Origin: Camelus ferus
Taxonomy: Eukaryota
Assembly (NCBI RefSeq): GCF_009834535.1
Contig: NC_045708.1
Coordinates: 29,636,001-29,700,000, forward strand
Length of the DNA stretch: 64,000 bases
Reading direction: 5' to 3'
This document shows, piece after piece, positions 37,611-49,260 of this stretch (the stretch's first letter is position 1; the number at the start of each line of letters is the position of its first letter). The translations under genes and the position numbers were made by a program. The notes under the pieces were generated by a model. It was not told the origin of the DNA. It saw only the letters and a list, made by a program, of their open reading frames with translations, and searched no databases.

Positions 37611-40098
37611 AAAAAATAAAGAAATTAAAAAAGGAAGAAATGGGTCTAAGGCAAAATCCTGGTGACCTCAGGTGGGTGTGCTTGAAAGATTAATTCAGTG
37701 TTTCCGGGGTGAGGGCAGCCTTGGCATTTTGGGTGGGACGAGTGGTTCTGTGGTTGGTTATAGGATGGTCGCAACTCTGACTCTGTCCATGAAGTACTGG
37801 AGGTGCCCCCACTTAGTCAACAACCCAAAACTCTCAAGCCCACATTTCTAAATACTCCTCAGGGGGTGATACCAGCCCTAAGAGAACCAGAGATACTGAG
37901 GGGTCACTAGAAGTGGGGGTGGAGGTGCAGCAGGGGCCCAGATGGGACAGTGGGGCTGTGGGAGATGATCTGCCTTGTGGCACTACATGACCCCCGAAGT
38001 GCTCAAATTAGACAGGACAAGCAGAGAGAGTGAGGGTGATGTTCCTCATCCTCAGTGGACGGAAAAGAGTGGGACCATCCTGGAGGGAGATAACAGAGAT
38101 GCGCATGACTGTGAAAAAACGCTCTGATGCCCATCTGTCAGCACCATGACCCGCAGCCTTCACACAGGGCAGCAGAGGTACCCGGCATCAACCACGCGTG
38201 TAATTATCCCCATATACAGGAGGGAGGCAGAGCTGGAGAGGTATAGGGAGAGTCTGAGCGAAACAGAGGTAAGTAAGTAGGAGAGATGTTCTGGGGCAGG
38301 GATGCCGAACCTTGAAAGAGAGGGGGATTCTGAAACAGAGCAGGGGGATTAAGTGACGACCTGAATGGCATGGAGGCGTGGGGTGAGGGTGGGCTGGAGG
38401 AGGGACCGATGCCCAGGCTGTAGGAAGAAGAGAAGGGGGCTCAGGGGAAACCTCCATCTTTCACCTGAAGTAAGGCCATGTGGCAGAGAATCTGGCCTGC
38501 AGCTGGAGCTGTGAACTAACCAGGATGGGGACAGGCTCCTGCCAGCTGCCCTTCTCGGGGCTCAGGCTTCCCCAGGGGAACGAAGGCAGCAGGGGGCCGT
38601 CTCAGGGAATCAGATCTGCAGTCTGGAAGCGGTTGCCTCTCAGGGCAGAAGCAAACCCCTTCCTTCACACCAGCTAACACTCAGCTGCCCCCGGGCCCCC
38701 CAGATGGTCCTTGAAGCCAGGGAGAAGAAGGAAAGTCACTGTGACCAGATGCACCAATCTTTGCACGAAGTCTCACGTGGCATGAGAGGACCCGATGATA
38801 TGAGAACAGGAAGACACACGGGGGCGCTCTAACCAAGTAGCAGAAGAGGAAACCTGTCCATCTCCAGTTGGAAAGTGGGTTAGTATTTTGAAAAGCCTCT
38901 GGTCTAGCATTTCTCAATGGAGTGGTTACTGGAACTCAGGGCAGGGTATTTCTCCCCCAGGGGGCCGTGTCTCTGACACTGCAGGATGCCATCTCTGACC
39001 CTCTCCCTGTTAGTGTGACACCCCAAACCCCCAAGTTCCATTTCCAAATACCCCCTCTGTTGGTCAGTGCCACCTGAGGATGCCCACTGGTGGCCTTGGG
39101 GAGTTTGGCAGCATCTGCTCTCCCAGCCCTACAGAGGGATCTGCCACCTTCCACGTTGACCTTGTGAGTTAGGCACCTGCAGGTGCCAGAGGGTCATAGG
39201 CCCCAGTGACATTCCCTGTTGGCTGGGGTTCTTGGGGACCGTCCTCCTGGGTAGGCAGGCTTTCCTCCGTGATGTTGACCCTCAGGACTGGGTAGGACGA
39301 GAGCTGCACTGATCACACTGGGGACACAGACACAGGACCCTGAGACAGACACCACTGGACCTGCTTACAGACACCCACGTCCCAGGGATCACACATGTGG
39401 TCACACGGAACACAGCTCACATAACACATCCACAAAGCAGGTCTGAAACGAGGCAGCCTGCTGGAGTCCAGAGAGCCCCACAGTTGTGAGTCTTGAGATG
39501 TTTCAATCATTAGGTTTCCAAAGACAAGAACCAGAGGTGAAAAACCAGAGGTATTATTCTAAATATTTACCAACCAATGAATCCTGGACCCCGGGCACTC
39601 AAAACAGAGGCCGGTGTATGCAGCTGCAGTGAGCTATCAGCCCAGCAAAGAGCCCAGTTGGCAGGTCCAGAGTTCCCCCGTGGGACACCAGGCCTGCCAT
39701 GGTGGTTCTTAGGCAGGACAGAGGACAGAGATGACTTTTGGGAAACATACACCAAGGTAAACAGCAGTCTGGACAGGAGACTCATTATCAACCCCAATGC
39801 AGTATCTGAGAAAAGAGGGGCTGGGGGAGGACCCAGATGGCTCTGGTCCCCAGCACACACCCAGCACCCTCCCCCTCCACCAAGGAATGGCGTTCTTAAA
39901 CAGAATTGGCTTGCAAGTCCCGTAAAGGTAGCATCTCCTTGACGGCACAGCTGGAAGCCCAGGACACCTGTGGGCATAGCCGTGGCCTTTGTGATGCTCA
40001 CCCCTCTGAACACGGACAGTACACCCCGCAAGCCCGCAGGCAGGCGCGAGCTCTTCCTCCACGCAAAGCAGACATTGCAAACCAAACATGATTCTTAC

Positions 40099-40244
40099 CC
40101 TCCTTCGAAGATTTTGATCCTGGCCGGCTCCCCTCTCTTGGAGGCAGGAGCGTCCTCCTCCGGCTTCCCTCGCTTTTCCTCTTCCTTCTCCACTCTAGCT
40201 ATCTCTTTCTGGGCTTCCGGGGAAACCAGCGAAGGGAGGTGAAC
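40099..40244 (-). CDS. HIVEP3: HIVEP3 146-nt coding exon (human exon 5 equivalent)
   Basis: ggccAG|GTT...GGA GG|GTAAGA. Encodes [48 protein letters not shown](G); phase 0 start, phase 2 end. Confidence 0.95.
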
Positions 40245-41644
40245 CTGGCCCACCGCAGGAATGACAAAATCATGGCTGGTTAAACCGATGTCATGGAAAG
40301 ATGGCTTTGATGGCATTGCACACTGACACTCATCATGGCTCACTTTGTCCTCACTCTACCTGGTGAAGGGGTGCTATGAGCCCCACTTTACAGAAGGAGG
40401 GGCGCCAATCCCCAGAGAGGTGAATCTCTTATTCAAGGCCACACGGAGAGTCAGTGTCAGAACTGGGACTCTGACTGGTCTTTCTCAGGGGAAGACCAGG
40501 CCTTTCCACGAGACCTGAGCTTGCTCTTTCTTTCATACTCGTCTGGGGGCTTCTGGGGACAGGTCCTCATCTTAGTCTCCATCACATCAGCCTCAGAGAA
40601 GGCGTGTGAGGAACTGTTGAATAAATAAATAAAGGAAGATTCTACCTTTGGAGATTAACTGGCCCAATTCTCTTTTACAGATCAGAAAGTCAAGGTCATG
40701 CAGCAAGTTACGGGCATTGCTGGGAGCAGAGTACAGGACTCCTGAGGGAGGGCCCTGCCCCTCTAGAAGCCCCTAGAGCCGGGCACAGAGAGGTTGTGCT
40801 GCCCACCGAGGGGCATGCCCCTGGGGTGTGCATCTTAGGGAGCCCACTTTCTTCAAGAGCTGCAGACCTTGGTGGGGAGAGCTGGCTGGGTGAGAACATG
40901 TCCCCTAGATTCGCTAATGACAGCAGGGGGTGGGCGCTCCCTTGAATAGGGAGCAGCGATGCTGGGCTGGGGGCTGGGACCAGCAGTGAAATTCTATCCT
41001 ACTTCACGCCACTGTCATTAAGGTCATGAGGAACTGCACTGTTTACAGCTGGTGGGAGGAAAAAAACGTGTCTTCTGGCACTGGACAATCTAAGAACCGC
41101 AGTCCCCATGCCAGCCACCACATCTGCCCCTATAAGGGGCAGAAAGGTAGCTGTCTGGGAATCAGAGAATCTGAGTTCTAGCACCATGTAAGACACTGCA
41201 TGCTGAGCCTCCCCAGGGTGGATTACTTCACCTCTCTGGGTCTCAGAGACTAAGGGGATTTAGACTATCTTGAAGATTCACTCCAGGGCCAGCTTTTATG
41301 ACTCAGTGACCCCCACAGTCTCTTCAGATTTGGAGATGGGGATTGGAAACCAAGTGAGGGTTTGGACCGCTGGTTTGGCAGAAGGCAGCTGACTTTATGT
41401 CATACCCATGAGTTCCAGAGCACACTATTTTCATTCCATCTTGACCTGCCATCTGAGCCAGCCATGGAATGACCAAGAGGCCTCCCCCAGGTTGATGGAT
41501 GACTTCTGTCTCACAACCAGCTGTGCTGTCTGGGCAAGTTGGAGGACGCTAGTTTTAGAGGCAGGAGCCAGTCTACCAGGAAACATTATTGGAACTGAGC
41601 AGGGGGACCAGGGATCCACTTTAGCTTTTAATGATAACAATGTG

Positions 41645-41890
41645 AATAACTACAGTAAATATGATTATTGAGTGCAAATGTGCCAACCACTATTCTAAAC
41701 ACACTTTGCATATTTTAACTCATTTAATTATCTTGACAGTCCTATGAACTAAGTATTATTATTATCTCTATTTTACAGATGAGGAAACCAAGGCCAGAGA
41801 GGTTAAGTAACTGGCCCAAGGTCACACAGCTAGTAAGTGAGGTCATGGGATTCAAATCTGGGTAACTTGGCACCAGAGTCCTTGTTCTTA
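41645..41890 (-). mobile_element. MIR, well preserved
   Basis: ttttacagatgaggaaaccaaggccagagaggttaagtaactggcccaaggtcacacagctagtaag. Confidence 0.85.
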
Positions 41891-42169
41891 ATCTCTTTGC
41901 AATAGTGCATGTTATCAAAATGATCCAAGGAGAAGAAAGGAAGGAGAGCAAAGGGGAAGGAAATGTGACTGCAAAGTGAACTCTTATATAAGATTGGGTT
42001 TCTCCTGGACTTAAACATAGAAAAAAAACCTGTGACCAAACTTAAACCTGACTGGGTGACCTAGACTAGCACAAAGATGGTTAGGAAGAGCTCTAAAATG
42101 CTGATATAGCCCAAAGGGCCTTTTCAGAGCTGCTAACAGAGAATGGGAGCTGTGGGATGACAAATGCGA

Positions 42170-42290
42170 GCTCTGTATAATAGAGAACTTTCTTAAAGCA
42201 CTGTCCAAAGATGGGTTGAGTTGTACTAATAGGTTGTGAGCTCCCCATCACTGGGGATATGCAAGCAGAGACTAGGGAGAGGTATAATTG
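42170..42290 (+). mobile_element. CR1/L3 3'-end fragment
   Basis: gaactttct...ctgtccaaagatgg...gtgagctccccatcactgg...aagcagag. Confidence 0.65.
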
Positions 42291-42544
42291 TAGAAAGGCA
42301 TCAAGCAGTGGACCATGCAGTTACATTAATGGATCAGACTGGCGTGCTTCTGGTAGGAAACATGCCAGTGAATCAAATAGAATATTCCAGGAAAAAGTTT
42401 TCAGGGTTCAGCTCATTTTAGGAAAGCAGCATTTTAAGCAAATGATTGCCAAAGTCACTTAAGCCAAATTAACTCTTCCTTCTTCTTATATGGCCTTCAT
42501 CAAAACAGAGAGACAGTCCACACCACCCGAAAGAGCTTTGGAGT

Positions 42545-42740
42545 GAGATCCAGTTTTGAATACAGGCCATTTACTGTGTGTGGGGCCTTGTGCAAATTAC
42601 CTGACTTCTTTGTACTTTGGTTTCTTCTTCCATAAAACAGCGATATAGTACCCTAACTGGCAACATGGTTTTAGGGGATAAAAGTAATGTTGAGCATGGT
42701 ACCTGGCACACAGTATGTGCACAATAAGTTCTAAGTATGA
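42545..42740 (+). mobile_element. MIR
   Basis: ccttgtgcaaattacctgacttc...tacctggcacacagtatgtgcacaataa. Confidence 0.6.
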
Positions 42741-44168
42741 CTATAATTACAACAGCATCTTGGGAGTAGCCATAGCCTGTAAGAGACACTGGAGGGCAAA
42801 TCACTCATGATGTTTATGGCAAGAGCGGAGACCTCATTTAAGGATGTCTGTAGACTGACAAGGACATTTAGAGAATAAATTTGGGAAACAATTTGGTGGA
42901 AAATATCCAGCTAAGCCAAGGACAAATTCGATGCACAAAATTCACTCAATAAGAGAAGAGGATATGAATATAGGAGAAGTTACAGAACACAGTTTTGTTC
43001 ATTTATCTACAAAAGGAGTTTAGTTTAGGGGATTTATTTGGTCAAAGGATCTGGTCTGAAGACACATTAATGAACATCTTTAAATTTGCAGTCACTTTTA
43101 AGGTTTTCTTTCTTCAAATAATTGAAAGAAGAAGAAGAATTAAAAAGAAAAATAGACTCTGGAATCAGAGAGGTCTTGGTTCAGATTCTGGGTTTGCCAA
43201 ATATTTGCCGGGTGACTTTGACCTCTCTCATCTTCTGACCCTCCGTTCCCTCATCCACAGAATGGAGATGGTACTGTAACCTCATAGGTGGAGATAAACG
43301 TTGACTAATTCAAGGGCCCAGAACAAAGCCCAGCACAGTGAGGCTACTCAACCAATAAGACCAATTGTTATTCTACAAATGCCAAGTTAGCATAACACAT
43401 CATGACCTGAATCTTAGGCTAGACTTGTCAGGGGATCAAAATGTCATTGGTCTGAAGCAAACTTGGAATTATCCAATTTCAAACTTCCTGAACTTCCAAG
43501 GATCAGTTCATTTTATGCCTCTTGATGCAGGCTCAAGTCAGAGGCAAGGGAAGAGTAAACACTTCGGGGGTGTGCACTGCCACACAGCTCAAGTGAGTCG
43601 AGCAGTGACACTGCCACCTTCTGGTAAAGAGGGATACTGCAGCCAAGCTCTATTTGCTGTCCTACTCACAGAAAAGAAAGAAAGAGTATTTCAGGAGTCG
43701 TTTGTGTCAAATTCTAGACTCTCTGAAAATGGGAAGATTTCAAGTGGTACCAGAGAATGGAAATAGCAGATGTGGAGAATAAGGAAAGCAGTAAAGACTA
43801 ACAGGACAAGGGGGAAATATATGATGGAGTGGCATTAAGTCCTAAAACTGCTACAGGCATTCCCATCAGCCAGATTTTCCAACTCAGTCTTTTGGCTGAG
43901 ACGGTAACTTTGATTTTACAATAGAAGCTAATGGGAAAGTGAGATCACTTTAAAGCTCTCTTTATTGAAATGTATGTAGTCTGATGATGGGAGGGACACT
44001 GATAAAGAAACCCAGTAAGTGTTTTCTTGTAAGGTTACCAGTCACAGCTGACAGAGAGGAAATCTGCCCACTCAACTGGCTCTCATTTTGCAAATGGAAC
44101 TTGAGGAGACCATGGCTTTAAAAACTCAGCAAAGACATTTAAACTCAGTGGGGAGAAGAAAAACAAGG

Positions 44169-44516
44169 NNNNNNNNNNNNNNNNNNNNNNNNNNNNNNNN
44201 NNNNNNNNNNNNNNNNNNNNNNNNNNNNNNNNNNNNNNNNNNNNNNNNNNNNNNNNNNNNNNNNNNNNNNNNNNNNNNNNNNNNNNNNNNNNNNNNNNNN
44301 NNNNNNNNNNNNNNNNNNNNNNNNNNNNNNNNNNNNNNNNNNNNNNNNNNNNNNNNNNNNNNNNNNNNNNNNNNNNNNNNNNNNNNNNNNNNNNNNNNNN
44401 NNNNNNNNNNNNNNNNNNNNNNNNNNNNNNNNNNNNNNNNNNNNNNNNNNNNNNNNNNNNNNNNNNNNNNNNNNNNNNNNNNNNNNNNNNNNNNNNNNNN
44501 NNNNNNNNNNNNNNNN
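44169..44516. other. N-run (348 nt) over the 3' end of the giant exon
   Basis: Seen directly. Other N-runs: 5350-5569, 54248-54672, 54701-54903, 54919-55158, 60834-61025, 61203-61365, 61384-61567. Confidence 0.99.
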
Positions 44517-47500
44517 CTGACAGAGGCAGCGAGCTGGGAGGTGCCAGTGGAGGGAGGTCAGCTTGTTCCTTGGAATCTTCTTTCTTCACACTCAGTGGGA
44601 GCAACCCTCTTCGGTGAGGTTTACCAGATGGCTGGGCACATTCCTTCAAAGCCTCTGGGCCTAGGGCTGTCACATGGGGCGATGAGGGGTGAGGAAGGGG
44701 AGACATTTCCTTTGGGTCAGATGGATCTGAGGACAGGCTGGACAGTGTTTCTAGCTCCCTCCTGCCCTGGCCCTGGCTGCCCAAGTGGGACTTCTCTGGT
44801 CTCTTGCCATCCTCGGTGGTGGTAAGCACCACACTGCACGGTTTTACCAGCTCAAGTTTTTCATCCGCCTTGGAAGCCTCCTCTTCCTTCACTCTTTTTT
44901 GCTGCTGGGTTTCCATGGTAAGTTCAAGGCTGCCAGCTGGTGAAAGGACGCGTTTGCTTCCCCCCACAGTTGATGAGCTCCCCTCCAGGCTCAAGACACT
45001 CTCTGATGACAGGGAAGTGCCTTTTCTTTCAGGTAATGTCACCGGCACTCTCAGGTATGGAGTCGGGAAACCTCTGCCCTGCTCTTCACTTACCCCGGCT
45101 GGTCTGGGCCCGACCTCGTACACATCTGCTCCACATACAGACGTCCCTTTGCATGAGGGCTCCTCAAACTTAGGAAGAGCCACAGTTGCTGAGCTGCCTT
45201 GGGACTGGGTGACCAGGATCTGGGAGAGAGTGGTGTACATGGCGCTCCCGAAGGACGGCATGTTGGTCTGGATGCGGACGGGCACAACCAGAGACACCAT
45301 GGTGTCTGGACAGGCAGGCAGGGCCAGCGGAGCGGCTGACGTGGGTGCTGAGCAGCTGGCCGGGGGAGCCACGAGGGGCAGCTGGATGTCACTGCTGTAC
45401 TCTGTGCTGGGCGGGAGGCCAGGGGTTCCTGTTGCCAGCGGGGCCAGGCTGGTTTTGATCTGGGGCACATGGCCTTCCACATTGCCAGGGAGCTGGAGGG
45501 CGAACTGGGATTGCAGAGGCAGGAAAAACCCAGAAGAGAGTGCTGAGGATGCAGGGTATGGCATGGGGAGAAACGAAGGGGGCTGCCGGAAGGGGATGTT
45601 GGCTGGGTGAGGCATGAGCTGGGGGAGGTGGAGCTGGCCTGGGTGCAGAACAGTAGGTTGGAGAGGAAGTGGGGGTGCTTGAAATAAGGAGGGAGGAAGC
45701 GGGGGCATGGAGTATGGTGCGGAGAGCAGGCTGGACATGGCCTGGGTGGAAAAGAATTCTGAAGACTGTCCTGGCTCAGGCTGCAAGAGGTGCTGGAAGG
45801 AGAAAAGGGAGACAGGCGGGGGCAGGTACGGTTTCTCATGCAGGGGATGCTGAGCGACGGGATGGGGGAACACCTGCAGTGCTTCTGTGTAGGGCGGAGT
45901 GGCCTCCAGTGTGGGTCTGTCCGGCACCTGGCTCTTGCCTCCTGGGTGCCCGCTGTGAGAGGTGGCTGCCGAGGACATTGGGGGCAATGCACTTTTGGCC
46001 GAAGATTTACTGGATGAGGGCTTTGGTTCCTCACTCTCCTGTCTTCCCTTGGGGGCAGCCTCCAGCTCAGTTTCGGGAGGCCTGCTCAGGGAGGCCTGTC
46101 TCACCAAAAAGCATTTTCTTCTCTCTGGTGGGGCGGCTGGGGGGCCTGGGGCGGCTGGGGCCGCTGGGGCTGCTGGGGCTGGTGCAGGGGGGCCTGTCAA
46201 AGACAAGCTGCCATAGTCGAAGGATTTGCTGCGTGTCTCGGTCATGTGGGTGGCGTGGGAAACGTTGGGGCTCTGCTCTGAGGCTGACCTCCGCATCTCG
46301 CGGGCATGCGGGTGGTGGCTGGGGACAGTCAGCATGTGGGTACCCAAGGGTTTGGAGCGTGTGTCAGACGAGGGCCCAGCGGCCTCGGCTTTTCCGTGGT
46401 CATCCCTCTCGAAGGAGGCTGAGCGGCTGGACCCGCTCAGAGAGACACTGCTCTCCTGGCTCGGGCTGCGAGACAGAGGCACGGAGGACTCGAAGCTGGA
46501 TTCCCCAGACGACTGGGCCATCTCTGCCAGGCGCAGCCTCTTCTTCTTGGGTGGCAGCTTCTCGGCTGGGAGCTGAGCAAGTGTCTGGCTACGCTGGGGC
46601 CACTGGAACTCCTCCGTCTTCTCGGGTTCCTTAGGGGGTGGCTCCGGCTCTGTGTCTGGCCGGTCAGGCTCCTCCGTCACCAGGATCTCAGGAACTTGAA
46701 TGTTGGGCTGGCGGACCAACCTGGGCTGCAGGGAGTGAGCCGAGCGTCCGTGAGGGGCAGGCGGGGGGGATGAGAACGGGGCCGCAGACTTGTCTTCCCC
46801 TTCCAAGCCGCTGGGCTGCTCCAGAGAGTCGGACTTCTCAAAGGAGCTGGTGTGCTGGATGACAGAAATTTCTTTGGATGTGGTTCTCCTCTCCTTCCCT
46901 GATTCTGAGCCGGACCCTGGCTTGGGAGTCCTTGGCTGGAAGCCCGCAGATCCCTCCAGGGAGGGCACCGACTTGCTCGGTTCTGCTGGTGACTTGGTGG
47001 ATTCCAAGGGAAGATTCCGAGCAGCCTCGGATGGCCCGGGGCTGCCAAACTGACTCTTTGTGGACTCAAAGGCGGGAGGCTCCTCCTCGTCCCCGAGGCT
47101 CTTCTCCTTCCTCCTCTTTCTCAGTGGAGTGAGCTCCAAGGTGGTCCCCAGTTTGTAATGCATCATCTGGGACCAGGGCTCATGCTCGGCCTGGCTCTTT
47201 TCGGCTTCCGGAGATGTGTGAGCACCTGCAGAGACGGGCTTTGCCATCTGAAGCTCTGAGCAGTAGTATTTTTTATGGGCTTCGTAGTTGTCCCTTTTCT
47301 TGTACCGAGCACCACATATGTTACATTCATAGATCACCCCTTTCGTTTTCAAACCCTTCTTGGTCTTTTTGGTGAGGTCGCTTTCCCTGGGTTCCGGTTC
47401 ATCCGTGGGTTTGGAGGCTGCGTCTTTGCTGCTCGGCCCTGCCTCCTCGGAACTGTACTCCCCGCCCAAAGGTAGTTCGATGGCCGGCTGGCGCTTGAGC

Positions 47501-49260
47501 ATCCGGGGGTGGGAGGTAAACAGTTGACTGCTGCGGCTCAGGGCTTCCGAGTCGGCGACGTGGTCGTCGAAGGAGTAGCTGCCTCGGAAGGTGTGGTGGG
47601 GGGTACTGAGGGTGCAGGTGGCAGAAGGCATTGAGTGGCTTCTCAGCAGAGGCACAGGGGGGGTGGTGCTGGGCGGGTGCTGGAGGCTCAGCAGTGATTG
47701 TTCGGGCTTCGTTTTCTCGCTGTGGGACGATGACAGGGGCTCTCGGTAGAGGCTGGATTTGGGTGACTCCATGCTGCTGCGCCGTGACAGTGAGCTCCTC
47801 CTGGGCTTCACGCTGTCTATCTCGCTGGTGTCCACCACGGCCTCATTGATGGTGATGAGCTTGGTGATGTGCTCAATCACCTGCGTCCGGGGCACGGACA
47901 GAGGCACAAGGCTGGGCTTGTCTTCGGTGGACAGGGGCAGGAGGGGCTGGGTGGAAGTGGCAGTCAGCATGGTGGTCCGCTGCCCGATCCGCCCGCACTT
48001 GCCAAAGATGATCTCCGCATAGGACCTGGCGTTGGTGTTTGGGGGGCTGACCTGCTGCTCGGCGCTCTCGGAGCGTGAGAAGTACCCTGATTCGGTGCTC
48101 CCTTTGCTGCCCGGGCTCAAGAACGCCTGCTCATCGATCACCTTTTTCCTCTCACTCAACCGGAGGGCCAGCTTCTGCTTTATGGTGTGGGTGTCTTCGG
48201 GTTTATGGCTCAGGGGGTGTTCGGATGAGGGTTCCGCGAAGGGGGCGGGGTCCTCGAGCGACGGGGCTGAGCTGGACTGGGACAAGGAACAGCGCTCGTG
48301 GCTGGAACCCTGGCTCCCAGAGCTGTACAAACTGCTGGACAGGAGCGGGTGCTTAGGCCTTGGGGAGAGCTCTGCGGGGTGAGCGGACGTGGTGCCCGTT
48401 TCCTCTTCTGAATCAGTGCTTTCTCCCTCGGTGGGCTCCTCAAACTCTTCCCCGGGGATCCTCTCCATCTCCAGCCCTGGGGGGTACATCTCACCGCCCA
48501 TCCCCGAGGCCAGGCCAGCTTTGATGCGGTGGGCGTGGGACTTCCTGTGCTTGTAGAGGTTACTCTTGGTCTTGAAGGAGAAGCCGCAGGGGCCACAGGG
48601 GTAGGGCCTCTCGCCTGTGTGTGAGCGGATGTGTTTCTGGAGCACGCTGGGCTTGGCACAGGGGCGGCTGCAGTACTGGCATATGTACTTGCCCGGCTTC
48701 TGTGGTTTCCTCTCCTTCTTGGGTGCCTCTTCTGTGGGCTTCAAGGAGACCTGGGAGGGACGGGGCACGAAGACTTTGGGGATGCCAGGCAGGTCCTCGG
48801 TGGGAATGATGGAAGCGTGGGAAGGGAGGAGCTGGCTCTGAGGATGGAGCCCAGGGGTCACGAAGGAGCCTGAGGGCCCGGGTCTCATGGGGTCGACCAG
48901 CTGCCACGTGGACCCCTCCAGGAGATGCTCGGGTTTGCCAGGTGACATGAATGCTGGTGTCAGAGGGTGCTGCGGAAGCTGTGAGATGTGGACAGAGGCT
49001 TCGATGGATGACCTCTTGGGGGTCTTCTGCGGCTGGCCCGTTTTCTCCTGAGAGCCTTCCCTAAGAACCGATGAGGGGCCTGGGAAGGGCTGCGGGGCTA
49101 GGAGCTCTGGGAGGGGGCCCCCTTGGGTGGCAGCTGTGCTGCTGCCAGGGTACGGGGCGCTGGATGGGACACTGGTCTGAATGGCCTCTCCTTTGGTCAG
49201 CCGCTTCCGGGGACTTCCCTCCGCCTTCTTGGTGCCCTTGACACTTTGTTCTGGATCCAT
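44179..49260 (-). CDS. HIVEP3: HIVEP3 (Schnurri-3/KRC/ZAS3) giant first coding exon (human exon 4 equivalent); visible CDS 49260-44517, 3' end near 44179 inferred inside the N-run
   Basis: Uninterrupted [31 protein letters not shown]..., recognised as HIVEP3. ATG at 49260 in strong context (GAGGTCATGG); the ORF track's 49269 start is a GTG. Contains two C2H2 fingers, a CCHC finger and PPKKKRLRL. The donor is not visible; its position comes from about 113 missing residues recalled from the human protein. Confidence 0.97.
46130..46183. repeat. HIVEP3: Coding 9-bp tandem repeat (GGGGCNGCT-like) x6
   Basis: G-tracts start at 46130, 46139, 46148, 46157, 46166 and 46175; encodes most of the [19 protein letters not shown] tract on the minus strand. 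Confidence 0.9.
46528..46554 (-). other. HIVEP3: PPKKKRLRL basic motif (NLS-like; reported ERK-docking D-domain of Schnurri-3)
   Basis: Direct translation; function from established knowledge of mouse Shn3. Confidence 0.75.
47260..47331 (-). other. HIVEP3: Single CCHC-type zinc finger
   Basis: [25 protein letters not shown]-x2-C-x12-H-x4-C spacing typical of the HIVEP middle finger. Confidence 0.9.
48529..48687 (-). other. HIVEP3: ZAS-N double C2H2 zinc finger (aa 192-244)
   Basis: [53 protein letters not shown] with canonical linker; the kappaB-binding finger pair of the HIVEP family. Confidence 0.95.

Noticed and set aside
37690-39110. Two MER20-like hAT fragments (about 37690-37870, 38910-39110)
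   Set aside because: Too diverged to call a family or boundaries.
40245-40343. In-frame open stretch upstream of the 146-nt exon
   Set aside because: The nearest upstream AG gives a 31-nt out-of-frame extension; the peptide is not HIVEP-like.
44083-44168. ORF track tail LFFFSPLSLNVFAEFLKPWSPQVPFAK
   Set aside because: Intron read through the N-run; pyrimidine-rich and unlike HIVEP3.
45090-46034. 314-codon alternative-frame ORF on the HIVEP3 strand
   Set aside because: Starts at GTG deep inside the CDS; Pro-rich C-biased sequence is stop-poor; no route to translation evident.
44804-46634. Long + strand ORFs (268 aa, 321 aa) antisense to the giant exon
   Set aside because: Expected shadows of a GC-rich coding exon; no recognisable domain.
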